Below are positions 44,406 through 60,298 of a stretch of 64,000 nucleotides of DNA, in pieces. Under the pieces are notes generated by a model. The model was not told where the DNA came from and ran no database searches. It worked only from the letters and a program-made list of their open reading frames with translations. The position numbers were made by a program, and so were the translations under genes. This DNA comes from the human T2T-CHM13v2.0 reference genome, Homo sapiens, in NCBI RefSeq assembly GCF_009914755.1, contig NC_060925.1. One strand, 5' to 3'. Every line of letters starts with the position of its first letter. The first letter of the stretch is position 1.

Positions 44406-44789
44406 CAAAAACAGGTTTAGCTCTTGGACTAGTCCACAAATGACTATTTTAAACCTTGCATCAAAAAAAAAAAATTGAAAACAAAACTGTAGCTGTACTA
44501 CGTTATAGTTGTGGGGGTATTTACTTAAATAATGAATATTCACTGCATGTCTGTAATTTGTTGGGGTGTTTACAAACTATGAGGGGAATTCTAAGATGCG
44601 TCAAAAGCTTTAGGGATTGGCTTATGTGTTTCTTTAAGATGATTAATGTTTCAAAATGCATGGATTCAGGTGTACCACTACCATCTTTGTGCATGTCAAT
44701 CATCGCTGTGGTTGTAGAATGAAAAGGGATATGTTTTTGAAGTAATCGGTTGAAGGGGGAAAATGAAGGGGATTCATACTGTATATCTA

Positions 44790-45030
44790 GGCTGAGGCAG
44801 GCAAACAGCTTGAGCCCAGGAGTTTGAGACCAGCCTGGGCAACATGGCAAAACCCCGTCTCTACAAAAAAAACAAAACTTAGCTGGAGGGTAGTCCCAAC
44901 TTCTTGAGAGGCTGAGGTGGGAGGACCTATTGAGCCCAAGAGGTCAAGGCTGCAGTAAGCTGAGATCGCGCCACTGCACTTCAGCCTGGGTGACACGGTG
45001 AGACCCTGTCTCCAAAAAAAAAAAAAAAAA
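44790..45030 (+). mobile_element. 5'-truncated AluJ
   Basis: gcttgagcccaggagtttgagaccagcctgggcaacatggc..., A-tail. Confidence 0.92.
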
Positions 45031-45166
45031 GAGAAGGATAAGGAAGGCTTCATTTGGCCATATTCCTCCAAAAGTAACATAGGTTAAAAAAAGAGTGTAT
45101 ACTTATTAGAGTGTATACTTTCTCATATAAATGCACATGTGTATATATGCATACAAACACACACAT

Positions 45167-45768
45167 ACAGATTTGATCTTCATTATTTGCAGATTCTATA
45201 TTTGCTAACTTGCCTAGTGTCAGTTAACTCCAAAACTGACACACATGGGGCTTTTATAGTTATTTGCAGACATGTACTGAGTGGTGAAAAATTTGAGTCT
45301 CCCAACACACATACATGTTCTTACTGAAATCGAACAAGGCAATGTTCTGCCTTTTTGTTTCAGCTCTCGTGCAGTAAGGCATCCCTTTTGCAGTCCATTT
45401 AGTACCATGTTTTTTGCACTGTTGTGCTTTTGTTAGTGATTTTGGAGTCTAAGAGGGCCCCAAGCACAGTGTTAAAGTGCTGGCTAGTGTTTCTGAGCAC
45501 AAGACGGCTGTGATGTACCTGATGGGGAAAAATCTGTGTGCTGGACAAGCTTTGTTGAGGCGTGAGCTATGGTGCTGCTGGCCTTGAGTATTAATGAATC
45601 AACAGAATATATTAAATGTCTTTAAACATCAAACAATGTTACATATTGGTGAGTCAATGAAAATGTTGTGACCCCAGAGGCTCACAGGAGCCCTATATTT
45701 TTTCTAGAAGTAATAGTTCAGTATATGCTGATTCAGTGCCCAGTCCATAAATAGCAAGAATTGACCGT
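45167..45768 (+). mobile_element. MER82 (TcMar-Tigger)
   Basis: cattatttgcagattctatatttgc..., gaaaaatttgagtctccc, gaacaaggcaatgttctgcc...tttcagctctc. Confidence 0.8.
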
Positions 45769-47521
45769 GTGTGTGTACACATGTATGTATATATTTGTGC
45801 ACATGTGTATATGAGAGTGAGAGGGCCAGAGATTACCTGAGGTGGAGTTAACTAAGCCCCAGAGAGAAAAAGAGAAACTATGTACCCATAGTTGTGGATA
45901 ACAAGAAAGGAGTTTATGGGGCATAGATAAAGTGACAGTTCCCTTGACTTGCCAAAAAGTTTACTGTCAGCCCAGGGCAGCTTTATTTCTTTCTGAAGTG
46001 AGCAGAAATGGTCTAATAGAGTACAAGGTATAAAGGACTGTGCAATTAGTAATTCATATGTGCTGAATAGTTTGGGGAGTGCCTCTAGAGTACTAGTAGA
46101 AAGTCACTTTGTTCTGAAGACATTGATGAATTTCATCCTTCTCTTGTATCTTTAATTATTACTCTGATTTACTTTAGCCATCTTTTTGCGCTTACAGCTG
46201 CCTTTTGATTTGTTTTTGTGTTGTTTAAGACCCAGGGAAATTTACTGTGTCCATGGAGTAGGATTCTGGTCATTCAACCCCACGTTGAGTCTATTCAACA
46301 GCTAGATTGAGTGTATATTAAGGTGTCTAAACAAAATCAAACTAAGAAACCTAATTATGTCACCAAACTGTAGCAAGCTGGATTTTTTTTTTTTATATGA
46401 GGTTTTGGGTATAGAAAGGGGTTAGGCTCGGAGATAGTTGACTAACCAACTGCTCTGGTAGAAACTCTTTCCTTTAAGACAATAAAGAGGTTATAGGGAT
46501 TGGAGACCTTTATGTGTTATACTTTGGTGGGGACTTGTGTGTCTTAAAACAACCCTTGCCTTGTCTGTATTCTTAGCTTTAATGTTCTTTTAGAATATTA
46601 CCTGAGTCTCTCATTTGCCAGAAAGATGGGTATTGTCATTTTTAAAAGTCTGTCTTGTAATATGGCTTTACATGGTCTTATGATATTATTTATGAGGCTG
46701 ACTCTCATAGGTAACTGACGAATGAAGTAGTATTTGCTCAAGTAGTAAAATTCTTGAGCAAAGCCACAATTAACTGGAGATAAAAGTAAGATTACTGTGC
46801 AATTGAAATTCTAGAAGAAGAGTTTTAATTTTTTGAGTAGCTTGGGATATTTGCAGTGAAATGTACCTCCGTTACTTCTTTGTATTCTTTTGACGCATCA
46901 CATTCCAAATGCAAAATTTATGAAACTGTCAGAGGATCAGCTTCTCTGGCAGATCTCTCATCAATTCTTCTCTCGTTAAAAGAAACTTCTTTTGAGACAC
47001 GTCTTTGTTAGTTAATCCTATCAACTGAAAACCTGCATCTCAAAACAATCAGTAAATACAAAGCAGAACCTAGCTTTGTTTAGGTAGTATCTATCAATTC
47101 TCTTGAAATTTATCAGGCTGTAGCTTCTATAGCAGTTCTCGGCTGAGCTGCTCGTCTATTTAAACAAAAATAATATTGAAAGAATATTAACTTCTGAAGA
47201 CGACTCAGAAATCATAATATAGTGGTCTATTCTTAATGCATGAAGAAAATGTGATATTTTGGCTCTTTTAATACACCTTTGTGAGTTGTAAAATAATAAA
47301 GACAGGACTACAAATAAAAATAATCCAAATACTCTATAAAATAAAGACAGATTTGTGCTTCTTGAAGTCTATAAAATCTCCTACCCTATATTAATATTAA
47401 AATGTACAGGATCTTCTCTCATAAGGAAACACATTTAGAATGACAAATTTTTAGTTTGCGATTATAAAGGGTAACAGAAGACACTTAAGAAGAAAATAAG
47501 CATGGAGTCATTTTTGTATCA

Positions 47522-47907
<386 letters not shown>

Positions 47908-48228
47908 TTATATTTTCCCCCAAGTACAAAAATCAATAAACAATGATTTCCATAGTTAAATAAATACTTTTTTTCTTTAAAAATGTTATGAAACCTTTAG
48001 TATCAAATTACTTCCAAATTCAACTTGACTTCTGAATAAGAAATACTACTTTATAAAATGAAATGCCTGTGTTCTAGAAAGTATTATAGACAGGCAAAAT
48101 AACAAAGGAAAACTATTGTTTTAAAGCATGCTTGAATGAATAAACATTTCTCAGATCACTAATGGTCAATAACATTATTTGGAAGATTTGGGGATAATCT
48201 GGTTTGCATTAAACATATTTACACTTTA

Positions 48229-48230
48229 TT

Positions 48231-48261
<31 letters not shown>

Positions 48262-48548
48262 TTTGAGACAAGAGTCTTGCTCTGTCACCCAGGCTGGAGT
48301 TCAGTGGTGCAATCTAGGCTCACTGCAACCTCCTCCTCCCAGGTTCAGGTGATTCTCCTGCCTCAGCCTCTCAAGTAGCTGGGATTACAGGCACCTGCCA
48401 CCATGCCCCGCTAATTTTTGTATTTTTAGTAGAGATGGGGTTTCACCATGTTGGCCAAGCCAGTCCTCAAACTCCTGACCTCAGGTGATCCGCCCGCCTT
48501 GGCCTCCCAAAGTGCTGGGATTACAGGCATGAGCCACCACACCCGGCC
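48229..48548 (-). mobile_element. AluSx-like with (TTTA)n tail
   Basis: Full reverse Alu; 14-bp TSD atatttacacttta; ends 185 bp upstream of the 92-nt exon. Confidence 0.97.
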
Positions 48549-48733
48549 ATATTTACACTTTAAAATGCCTCATGAATTAAGTCAAGCTTTACTATATACA
48601 GATGCTAAGAAACATGAAAATATATAGCGTTTCGCTGTATTCAGATCAGCAAATTTATCAAGATAATTAGATTATTATCTAAGGGATTCAGTTGGCCAGA
48701 CTTTGAAAAACTATTTGGTTTTTGTTTTTCTAG

Positions 48734-48826
<93 letters not shown>

Positions 48827-48958
48827 TAAGCATGTCTTATAACCACGTAGAGGGCGTCCAGGCTATGGGTGGGCCCGTTTTGTTTGGAAAATGCAAATGC
48901 GGTGTCTTCAGTGCATACTTGTTGTGAATGAGATGAGGATAAACATCTGTTTATGTGA

Positions 48959-49270
<312 letters not shown>

Positions 49271-50170
49271 TGATTGACCTTCAAGATCAAAGTAAATGTT
49301 CCGGCGGGCGCCCAGGGCTACAGGACCACATTGCTAGAATGTGGCCAATACATGTTGGCCTCCAGAGATTTCTCTGCCCTCTCCTTTTGCCAAAACAAAA
49401 TCTTCAGTTTTCACGGTCCTCTCAGACATCAGACTTCCAAAGGAATGTAATTTGAAGGCTTTTTTTTTTACTTTCTTTCGTTATCTGGAAGGACCTCTCC
49501 ACAAACTGTTAATAATTATTCCAGCCAAATAATTTAGGAACAGCCATATGACTCAACAGAAGACAAATATTCTTCCGAAAACAAAAAATAAATGCTTGGC
49601 AGAAACGACCAATGTTAACATTTAAAACAATTTGTCAAATATCAGTAATACCATTTGTTCTAGTTGCGGTAAATCATTTTGAAAAGTGAAAAGATGTTTT
49701 TAAAGGCTCACATTTTCAGAAGAAGTGACATGCAAAGTCAAGTTAAACACAGTGTTTTGAAAGAAATGAGTGTGAGCTCTTTGGGGGTAAACCTAAATTT
49801 AGAAATTAATCTCTGAATCTGCTTTTTGGTTTCCTCTGCTGATGCCAAACATTGGTATTGTTCCAGACGTAGGCACCATTAAGACAATGGCAGTGATATT
49901 AGTGATGTTATTTTGTAATAGTTCTCATTTGGCCTTATCTAATAGTTATCATATAGCCTTTGTTCCCATATAGCCTTAATAGTTCTCACACAGCCTTGTT
50001 TTCCTTGCAGTTACATCACAGAAATGGCCTAACATAGCATCCCCCAGCTTACAAAGGCATACCTGAATGTTTGTGGGTGGTGCAACTTTTACTAACTTTC
50101 AGGATACTGCTCTTAAAATATACCTAATAATTAGGAATGATAAAGTTCGGTTGTGACCCAAAACTCCTAA

Positions 50171-50431
<261 letters not shown>

Positions 50432-51322
50432 TAAGCACATTGAGGAGTCAAGGTTTTGTTTAGTAATGGGTTTGAATGTAAAGCAGTTGTAAAAAATATT
50501 TATGTTCCTAGGTCAAATGCTTCTTTATGTTCTGAGCTAGAAAAAAGTAATGTCCATCAGATATTTGTGATTTTGTGATTAATGTTTCCTAAAGTGAATA
50601 ATTTTCATTCTTATGTCTAATGTATAATTACAACTTTTTAATATAAAAACAATACAAAATAACTTTTTATATTGTTTTAATATAAAACAATAATTTCTTT
50701 TACCATATCTTTCCCATGTCTGCTAATATTTATCCTTTTGGAATCTGAAGGCTAATTATTTTCTATGAATTAGACAGTATATCTTTTTTTCTTTGTCATG
50801 TTAAGCAATGAAGGCCAATAGGTCCATATTTTGAAAATAACACAATGATGAGTAAAATGGCTTGTAAACAAAATATAAAAGGTGATTCTACTCTGCTGCA
50901 TATGATTTTCTCCTTGATACTGGTGTGTAGGGGGATGTCTAAGCTCTCTTGCAGACCTAATCATTTTTTGGTACTACTTCTGCAGTTGTGTTTGTTTGAA
51001 ATTAATGTCTAAGCAATTGTGAGAGTGCCAGTAGAAATATGAGGTTAGGAATGATGGTTAGAGTCACAGACTCAAGTCTGAGACGGTAAACTTAAAAAAT
51101 AAAAGAGTTACATTTCTCTGATAAAAAAATCATCACACAAAAAAGTAGGATAAAGGAAATTCTGGACATGTTTTTGAAATATTAAGTTTAATAATTGGCT
51201 TGTAGAAATAAAAATATGTAGGACTGTCCTTCCTAGATAATGAAATAATTTCCTTCATGGGGGAGAGAGAGACTTTTAAAAATCTTTTCTGCCAGCCAAC
51301 AATTTGTTTATTGTTTTATATA

Positions 51323-51690
51323 CAGATGCTTCTCAACATAAAATGGAGTTATGGCCTGATAAACCCATCCTAAGTTGAAAATACCATAAGTGAAAAGTCA
51401 TTCAATACATCTAACCTAGTAAACATCAAAGCTTAGCCTAGCCTGCCTCAAACATGCTCAGAACACTTACCTCAGCCTACAGTTGGGCAAATCATCTAAC
51501 ACAAAGCCTATTTTATAATAAAGTGCTGAATATCTCATGTAATTTATTGAATACTGTGCTGCAAGTGAAAAACAGAATGGTTGTATGGGTACTCGCAGTA
51601 CAGTTTCTACTGAATGCGTATCACTTTTGTACCATTGTAAAGTCAAAAAATTGTAAGATGAAGCATCGGGAGTCGGAGACTGTGTCTCTG
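51323..51690 (+). mobile_element. MER47A (Tigger5 derivative)
   Basis: TA|cagatgcttctcaacat...; near full-length match to the recalled consensus. Confidence 0.9.
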
Positions 51691-51938
51691 TGTACGTGTG
51701 TGTGTGTTGTCAAATTAATACAGATATTCATGCAATATTCTTTCATTGAGCATCTATGGAATGTGGACACTGCTCTTCCAAAATCGAATAATTCATAGTC
51801 CTTCCTTGGTACACCAGCAGCATATGATTTTTTTATTTTTATAATTGTTCAAATGCTCATGTGTATGATACACATTTTCATAGAAGTATCTACTATAGAG
51901 AGCTGATAAATTACATTTGTTAAAAAAAAAATGCTGAA

Positions 51939-52046
51939 GCCGAGTGCAATAGCATGAGCCCGTAATCCCAGCTACTTGGGAGGACTTTTCAAGGCCAACC
52001 TGGGCAATACAGTGAGAGCCCTTCTCAAAAAAAAAAAGAAAGAAAA
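51939..52046 (+). mobile_element. FLAM-like Alu monomer with internal deletion
   Basis: gtaatcccagctacttgggagg...aggccaacctgggcaatacagtgaga plus A tail. Confidence 0.8.
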
Positions 52047-53003
52047 GCCCTTTTCTTAACCTATGGTAATTCTTCAATACTCAGCAACTGCTTGTTGGAG
52101 TGAAACAACTTTTGCAAATAACATTGAAATCTATAGCATCAATATCATATTTAAATTATAGAAATGAACTGGAAATAGATTCTAGTGATCATATATAAAT
52201 AAGAGATTATTTGTGGGACTTTTTTGGTATCAGTTTATATATCTTATTCAATCCTCTGTTAGGTTAAATTTCATTAATTTAAATAATCAAGAGGTAATCT
52301 AAAATAAAAATTTAAATATGTAATCAAGAAATACGTTTTTAAAATAGTTTCACTTGTACTCAGAAGAGCTATACAAAGTCTTCCTGAATTGGTTCTTTCT
52401 CTGTAAAACAAATGTAACTATATTTATTCCTTAGTACTATTTATAGACCTCCATGGACAGAGCTGTTACTTTGATCACTTAGAATTTTCTCTCAGCATGC
52501 CTAGTTTTGTTAATTGATTCAGGTGCTGCCAACCGTTTCATTGAATTACAAGTTGGGAGAGAGAAAGGAAGTCAAGTTGCTTAAATCATTTTACAAGCAA
52601 ATCCTGTCTAATGAGGGATATCTCTAATAGCTACATTACTGACTCATGTCAAACTTGATTATAAAGAGGTTTTGCTCTTTTTACAAATATAGAAAAAATC
52701 GTGGTTATATTAAACATTCCAGAGAATGTAGTTTGTATCATAGGGTTTGTTTTTAAAGTAAAATATATACTTGAGCTCTCAAATTCAGATTATCTACTAC
52801 TACTTTGGAACAATACAAAAAAAGAGTAAAATAAAAATTAATGCGCCTAAATAAACCAGAAAGGAGGTGAAAAGGTATTTTTGAAGTGTGTTAGATATGA
52901 AACAATTTTACCTTTTTTTAAATAGAAATATCCACATTGTCTTATTTATAACCACATGAGTGTTAACTCCTCAAATCTCAATTGCTGATATAACAAATTA
53001 TAA

Positions 53004-53069
53004 TATTGGAATTGTTAAAAGCTCCCCTTTACTTAGTATTGGAATGGTTAAAAGCTCCGCTTTACTTAA
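53004..53069 (+). repeat. 33-bp tandem duplication
   Basis: tattggaattgttaaaagctcccctttacttag / tattggaatggttaaaagctccgctttacttaa (3 mismatches). Confidence 0.92.
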
Positions 53070-53544
53070 AATGATACTTAGCTTTTTTATTTCCCTAATC
53101 TATATGCTAATGAGCCTCAATCAAACTTACTGTTGGAGTGGTATCTGTTAGTCCAGCTATATATCAATGCTAAATTATTTCTTTTAATATAGTAGTTTTA
53201 AAACATAAAAAATTATCAAACAAAAACAATAAAAACACAAAATAATAAAATATACAAGACATGAGCTAAATTTCTAATTGAGGGGGGTAACAGTTGGAAA
53301 GTATTTACAGTTCAGACTTTGCCCCTAAATAGCTGTGCTAAGATTGGAACACTGGGGAGAAAAATCTTTTAAGCCACCAAACTCCTTAGACACAATGGCC
53401 AAGACAATCCAAAATGTAAAATTTCACATTTCATTCCAAATGTTCTCATGTATATACATGAATTCACTAGAATCTTTTTTGGTAACACTTTATATTTAAT
53501 TAGTTAAAAAATATATTGTCACTGACTTTGGTCTTTCTGCCTAG

Positions 53545-53604
53545 GACAATAGCAGAAGCCTTTTGTCATATATTGTTTCGTATTATCTCCGAAATTTTGA
53601 TGAG
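53545..53604 (+). CDS. FMN2: FMN2 coding exon (60 nt, probably exon 12): DNSRSLLSYIVSYYLRNFDE
   Basis: Acceptor tctttctgcctAG with upstream ctgac branch-like motif, donor GAG|GTAAGA. Confidence 0.95.
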
Positions 53605-53766
53605 GTAAGACAATTTTTACATATAGTCATATTCCATTATTCTTTATTCGTTGGATGATTTGGCAGTACTTTTTGTTGTTGTTTTTGTTTTGGACATACC
53701 TGCTATTATTCTTTTTTATATTGATAACCAATTTCTTTAAATATGATGGGGTTTTTTGTTCATTAG

Positions 53767-53901
<135 letters not shown>

Positions 53902-55519
53902 TGAACTCATGTTTTCTGTTTATGCTTTTTTAATGAGAGAAGGCAGACTTTTCAATGTTTTTAGAGAAAAGTAATCTTTTTTATCTTTATAGAACTAAAT
54001 TTGTGTGTGTGTGGCGAAAGAACAATTTTGCCTATATTCTTATTCTTTGGTTGTTTAAAAAGTTATGTGTATCAAAAATTTGGTTATTAAGTAATATCTT
54101 GGTTATTTCAATTAACAATCTGTCTTGTCAGGAATAAGTTTACATTTTGTTTTCATTTTATAACCAAGAACATTTTGGTATTGGTCATGTCATGGTTGGA
54201 TACAAATTATGTCATTGTTGTAATAGAAGATAAATAGTCCTTCCCCATTTTCCCTTGGTGTACTTGCCCAGGATTTTCTGGCTTATGAACTTTCCTGGGA
54301 ACAAAATATCTTCTACTTAAAAACCACATACATGTATATTGTTTTATTACCAGTCAAGCTTTACATAAAATTATTTTGAAGAATAATAGGCCGAAATTTT
54401 TCAAATTTCTAAATTAAAAGTAGCATTTACAAAAAAGCAAATAGTTTGCAGATTTTTTTATTTTGTAAGTAAAATTCCTGCTATCCCCTTTTCTTGATAT
54501 TCTTATTGAGTTGCGAACACCTCAGCTGTCTATTTCAGCTTCTTTCTTGCTGTATTACATACAGATGAGAAGTAAATACATTTACCCGAGCTTTTGATTT
54601 GATATTGTGTTACTATATGAGAAGAAAAGGCCTGGTTACCCCTGTCCAGAAACCAAAAAGATAGAACTTTTTAAGAGACTCCCAATTTTGAGATGTGTTT
54701 ATCCAAAGATACTGATCTGTAATCAAATTCATAGAGTTGTTATATTCTAGTTACAGGTGTTTTAAAATGGATTTCAGTGAGCATAGGGACATTATGTAGT
54801 GTGGTTATAGTTCTTATGTATTCAACAACATTTATTACGGACCTGGTTCATGGCAGACAGTTGCTAGGTGCTGTGGATCCACAAAGGTTACAGTAACCGC
54901 TGTTGAAGAGGGCTGAAATTCTGTCATTACATGTACCCTGTTGGAGCCTTACAAGTTGGTGCTCATTGACTGAGGCCAAGAAAGACTGCCTTGACTTGCT
55001 CTGTTTTTCATACAATAATAATAAATAAAACTATGTTACATTTGTATAATATTGTGGTACTGTGTATTTTAAGCTAAGAATGAATTCTTAAAGCAACAAA
55101 AAAACCCACTCATGCTATAGTATTATACTTCAACCTGATGACAGGCATCTTGGTTTGCTTATGAAATTTACACACACTATGATGTGTAAATGCTAGAGGC
55201 ATTTCTAGGGGATCTGGAAAATACTTCCCACTTCAATCAATAGTTCAGTCTTGTAAAGTAGGATTTCATAGTTTACAGGTGATTTGATAAAGGAGCGGAA
55301 TGGGTGACCCTATTATCAGGATATCAGGATTTATGTTTGCTTTCTGGAGTTGCATCACTTCGGAATGTGATCCCATTTTCTTATGATAAATACACAACTT
55401 CTTACTATAGGCATTAAACATACATGTAATTATGAAAATGGCAAGTTCTTGCAAGACTTGGAGCTAAAAAGAAAGACCTAGCTAACACCAGATAGTGGGT
55501 TTGAAAAGGACAAGCAGCC

Positions 55520-55842
<323 letters not shown>

Positions 55843-56211
55843 GACAAGCAGCCAGCGCCTCTGAATACTATTTCCGCATCTGCATTTGCCACCTACAAGT
55901 GCTAGGTGCCTACATTTGGTAGCACAGAAGATTAGATATTGAAGGAGCATCTTAGCAATTTTTGAGTACCTCAGAGTTTAAAGAGAGGATTTTAACCCTG
56001 AAGGTTTACACTTTATGTCAGGGAAAGATGAACTTATTTTTCAGATATCATCAGACCTGTGCCCTTGGCCAACAATGATCACATTTGTCTGGCACAGTAT
56101 TTTCCCCAATCTGAACACAGCCTGTTACAATTTGATAGAATTGTTGAAATGGGGAGTTTCATGACCAAATGAATGTTAAGTTAAAGTTAAAAGGACTTCA
56201 TGGTATTCTCC

Positions 56212-56212
<1 letters not shown>

Positions 56213-56240
<28 letters not shown>
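56213..56240 (+). repeat. Isolated poly(A) tract (A28)
   Basis: Seen directly; no recognisable SINE body upstream. Confidence 0.9.
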
Positions 56241-56243
<3 letters not shown>

Positions 56244-56862
56244 TGGTTGCAATTGTTTTCCCATTTATTACAGAGAACTTTTTTCACAGAATCTCTGGTG
56301 TGTTCTGTAGTCACTGAAACATATTTTGAGAAATGCAAGGCTGGTGTACTGTGTTAGTAACAGAAGAATGGCATTTACCTTTGAGGAACTTACAGGGAAG
56401 GTTGGAGAAATGATGCTATAGTTGATGAAATAATGTAATTATATATTACTCTTCTTAAAAAATGGAATCAGCTTGAAGAGCTATTTACAAAGCTGTCAAA
56501 CTCTGAGGATTAAAAACTGACAAATCATAATTTACCTCATTTTTTTTTTGCTTTTCTCAATTTGGGGTTTTCCATGAAAAACAAGATGTTTTATGACTTG
56601 AGGAAGGAAATCTTATGGACTGAAATATAAATTCAGTTACTGGGAAAAAAAGATATACCCAAATGTAGAATTTCGTATCAACAACGCATGAAATCTGCCT
56701 CATGTCCTTTTTAGGAACGAGAGGGATATAAATAGATATGTACGTCTATCTGACTAAATGGGAGTCAAACGGAAAATTATTGGATTATGTTATTTTAGGA
56801 ACAATTACTTTGAAATAATGTCTACTTTGATCAAAGTAGCCTATTAAAAATTATTCCTTTTC

Positions 56863-57107
56863 TTTTTTTTTTTTTTTTTTTTTTTTTAAGACAGTCTTGC
56901 TCTGTCACCCAGGCTGGAGTGCAGTGGCACAATCTCGGCTCACTGCAGCCTCTGCCTCCCCATCTCCTGGGTTCAAGCAATTCTCTTGCCTCAGCCTCCT
57001 GAGTAGCTGGGATTACAGGCACATGCCACCACTTCCAGCTAATTTTTTGTATTTCTAGTAGAGACAGGGTTTTGCCATGTTGGCCAGGCTGGTCTCGAAC
57101 TCCTGAC
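56863..57107 (-). mobile_element. 5'-truncated AluS
   Basis: Reverse Alu ending mid left arm; TSD aaaaattattccttt / aaaaatgattccttt. Confidence 0.95.
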
Positions 57108-58088
57108 AAAAATGATTCCTTCTAAGTGATCAAGTGAGGGAATTCATTTAAGAAGATTCATATGGCCACATTTTGTTTCCCAGAGGCAAGTTGTTATAAC
57201 AAGGTTTAGAAAATAGGATAACGTATAGAAAGCATTTATCTCAATACCTTTCATACAATAAATATCCAATAAATCTTGGCCATTCATAATAAGGTAAACA
57301 TAGAATAAGCAGTGGGATTAGTTTGATAAAGACAGTTAAGCAATAATCATAGTAGCTCATCTGCTGGCTCTAGCACTTCTGTTTCTGCTTAGAGACTTGA
57401 TTTTTATTTCTAAGGAAAGGCTGAAAAATAATGTGTTATGGCTCAGACATTTTAATGAGACGACTGAATCTCATTTTAGCATTTTATAATAACATCCACT
57501 GTGTTTAGTTTCTCTGCTCACTCCCAAGATTTCCATATTTCCTCAGGGTGCTTCCCTGGCTTTCTGAGCTCAGCGACTTGTAGTTCGTTAAGCAACCTGA
57601 TCTGCTTTTGATCTCTTCTGGCTGTCAGCAGCTTTTCTTGATGTAGTCATGCCAAATGATGACTCTGTTCCAGTGCCTTTCTTGAATAGGAATTGTAGCA
57701 TTTGCCACATGACTTAAATCAACTCAACATGCACGGAGCATTGAGTAATTAAGTTACCGGAACTGGATGAGAATGTTCTCATGCAAATTCTTCTCTGTAT
57801 CCTCTTTCTTTCTGTTCTTCCTCCCTGTACTCACACACTCTCTCTCTTTTCAATATCTGAGTTGAAAACAAGTTTAAAATTCATCAACTATACCTTCAAG
57901 TTGAAGCAATGTCCATTTTCCAGAGATTTATAGGAAAAACCAGCCCTCAAACTAGTTTAGGGTTTATTTTGGCTTACAACTACTAGTTTGTAACTATTAC
58001 ATTTAAATTGTTCATTTCTGATATTTCCTTTTTTCCCCTTATGTTTGAGGACAGGAAACAAATAAGCTTTTTTAAAAATAACATTTTA

Positions 58089-59163
58089 CAGTGGTCCTTC
58101 CCACCTATCCAAGGTTTTACTTTCCTTGGTTTCAGTTACCCACAGTCAACCTTGATCCAAAAATATTAAGTGGAAAATTTCAAAAATAAACAATTCATAT
58201 GTTTTATGCTGGGCACTGTTCTGAGTGGTATGATGAAACCTCCTGCCGTCTACCTTCATCCCTTCCGGCACGTGGATCCTCACTTAGTTCAGCGTATTCA
58301 TGCTGTATATACTGCCCACCTGTTCATCACTTAGGACAGTGGTCCCCAGCTTTTTGGCAATAGGGACCAGTTTCATGGAAGACAGTTTTTCCGTGGACAA
58401 GCCAGTGGGGGATGGTTTCAGGATGATTCGAGGGCATTACATTTATTGTGCGCTTTACTTCTATTATAATTACATTGTAATATATAATGAAGTAATTAAA
58501 CAACTCATCATAATGAAGAATCAGTGGAAGCCCTAAACTTGTTTTTCTGCAACTAGAGAGTCCCATCTGGGGGTGATGGGAGACAGTGACAGATCATCAG
58601 ACATTAGATTCTCCTAAGGAGCATTCAACCGAGATCCTGCACATGCGCAGTTCACGGTAGGGTCCTGGCTCCTATGAGAGTCTAATGCTGCAGCTGATCT
58701 GACAGGAGGCGGAGCTCAGGCGGTAATGCTTGCGATGAGGAGCGGCTATAAATACAGATGAAGCTTTGCTTGCTTGCTGGCCACTCACCTCCTGCTGGGT
58801 GTCCCGGCTCCTAACAGGCCGCAGACCAGCACCCATCTGTGGCCCAGGGGTTGAGGACCCCTGACTTAGGAGCCATCTTGGTTATCAGATCAACAGATCA
58901 CAAAAAGGGTGAGTATAGTATGATAAGATGTTTTGAGACAGAGAGACCATATTCACAGAACTTTTACAGTATATTGTTATAATTGTTCTATTTTATTATT
59001 TTTTTTTAATCTCTTACTGTGCCTAGTTTATAAATTAAGCTATAGCATAGGTATGTGTATATAGGAAAAAGCATAGTATATATAGGTTTCAGTACCATCT
59101 GCTGCTCCAAGCATCCACTGGGGATCTAGGAAGGTATTCTCCATGGATAAGGGAACACTACTG
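58089..59163 (+). mobile_element. MER44 (Tigger7 derivative) split by MER1A
   Basis: TA|cagtggtccttcccacctatcc ... ggataagggaacactactg termini. Confidence 0.85.
58337..58863 (-). mobile_element. MER1A (hAT-Charlie) nested in MER44
   Basis: TIRs cagtggtcccc / gaggacccctg; perfect 8-bp TSD acttagga; opposite orientation to the MER1B at 18139. Confidence 0.93.
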
Positions 59164-59944
59164 TTTTATGATTTTTAAAAAAAATTTAAAAAAAATTTAT
59201 TGAGGTAAAATATACATACAAAATTTACCATCTTTACCATTTTTAAGTTATATTTTAAAATTAATATCTGTTTAGCATAGGAACTTTAGACAACCTTGAA
59301 AAATGTAGAGAAGAAAACATTTGTATTTCCACAGTTCCATGATAAATAATGTTTATCTTTTGTTCTATCTGGTAGGTAGGTGTTTATTGCATGTGCATAC
59401 ATACATGAATTATGCAACTGGGATTATGATGCACATAATTTTTGCAATTTTTGTCCACTCAGTTTCTGGTCTATACTAGGATAATTTAATTTTATTTATT
59501 TACATATATATTCTATTAATATTTTCTTTCTGGTTGTCTATTTGATAAATTTTTAAATATCTCTTCCTAACACCTCCAATAACATTTAAGAAGATGTACA
59601 TAGTATTCCTGTTAATTTACTGGGTAATCCTAAATGCTAACATATTTTGTATACTATACAATTTTATAACATGCTATAAATTTATGTAGTATATTTATTC
59701 TTCTAAATAAGATGAATGTTTTAGAACATTCTAACTAACAATTGAACTCCTTCTACTTTCTTTTCAGTTTTTTTCCAGACTTTGGGTACTGTCATTTTTC
59801 TTAAAAACATTACTGCTGTTTAATAATTATTAGGTAATAACATTTATGAATATATTTAAATAATTACTGTGCTATCATTGTTGCATCTTATATTCCTCCC
59901 CCCTCCACATTTGATGTTCTTTCAGTGTGAGTGAATGGGTGTTA

Positions 59945-60298
<354 letters not shown>

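Noticed and set aside
45092-45120. Doubled 13-mer agagtgtatactt
   Set aside because: Trivial short slippage duplication with no further structure.
50670-50692. AT-rich hairpin tattgtttta-ata-taaaacaata
   Set aside because: Low-complexity AT context makes such short inverted repeats common.
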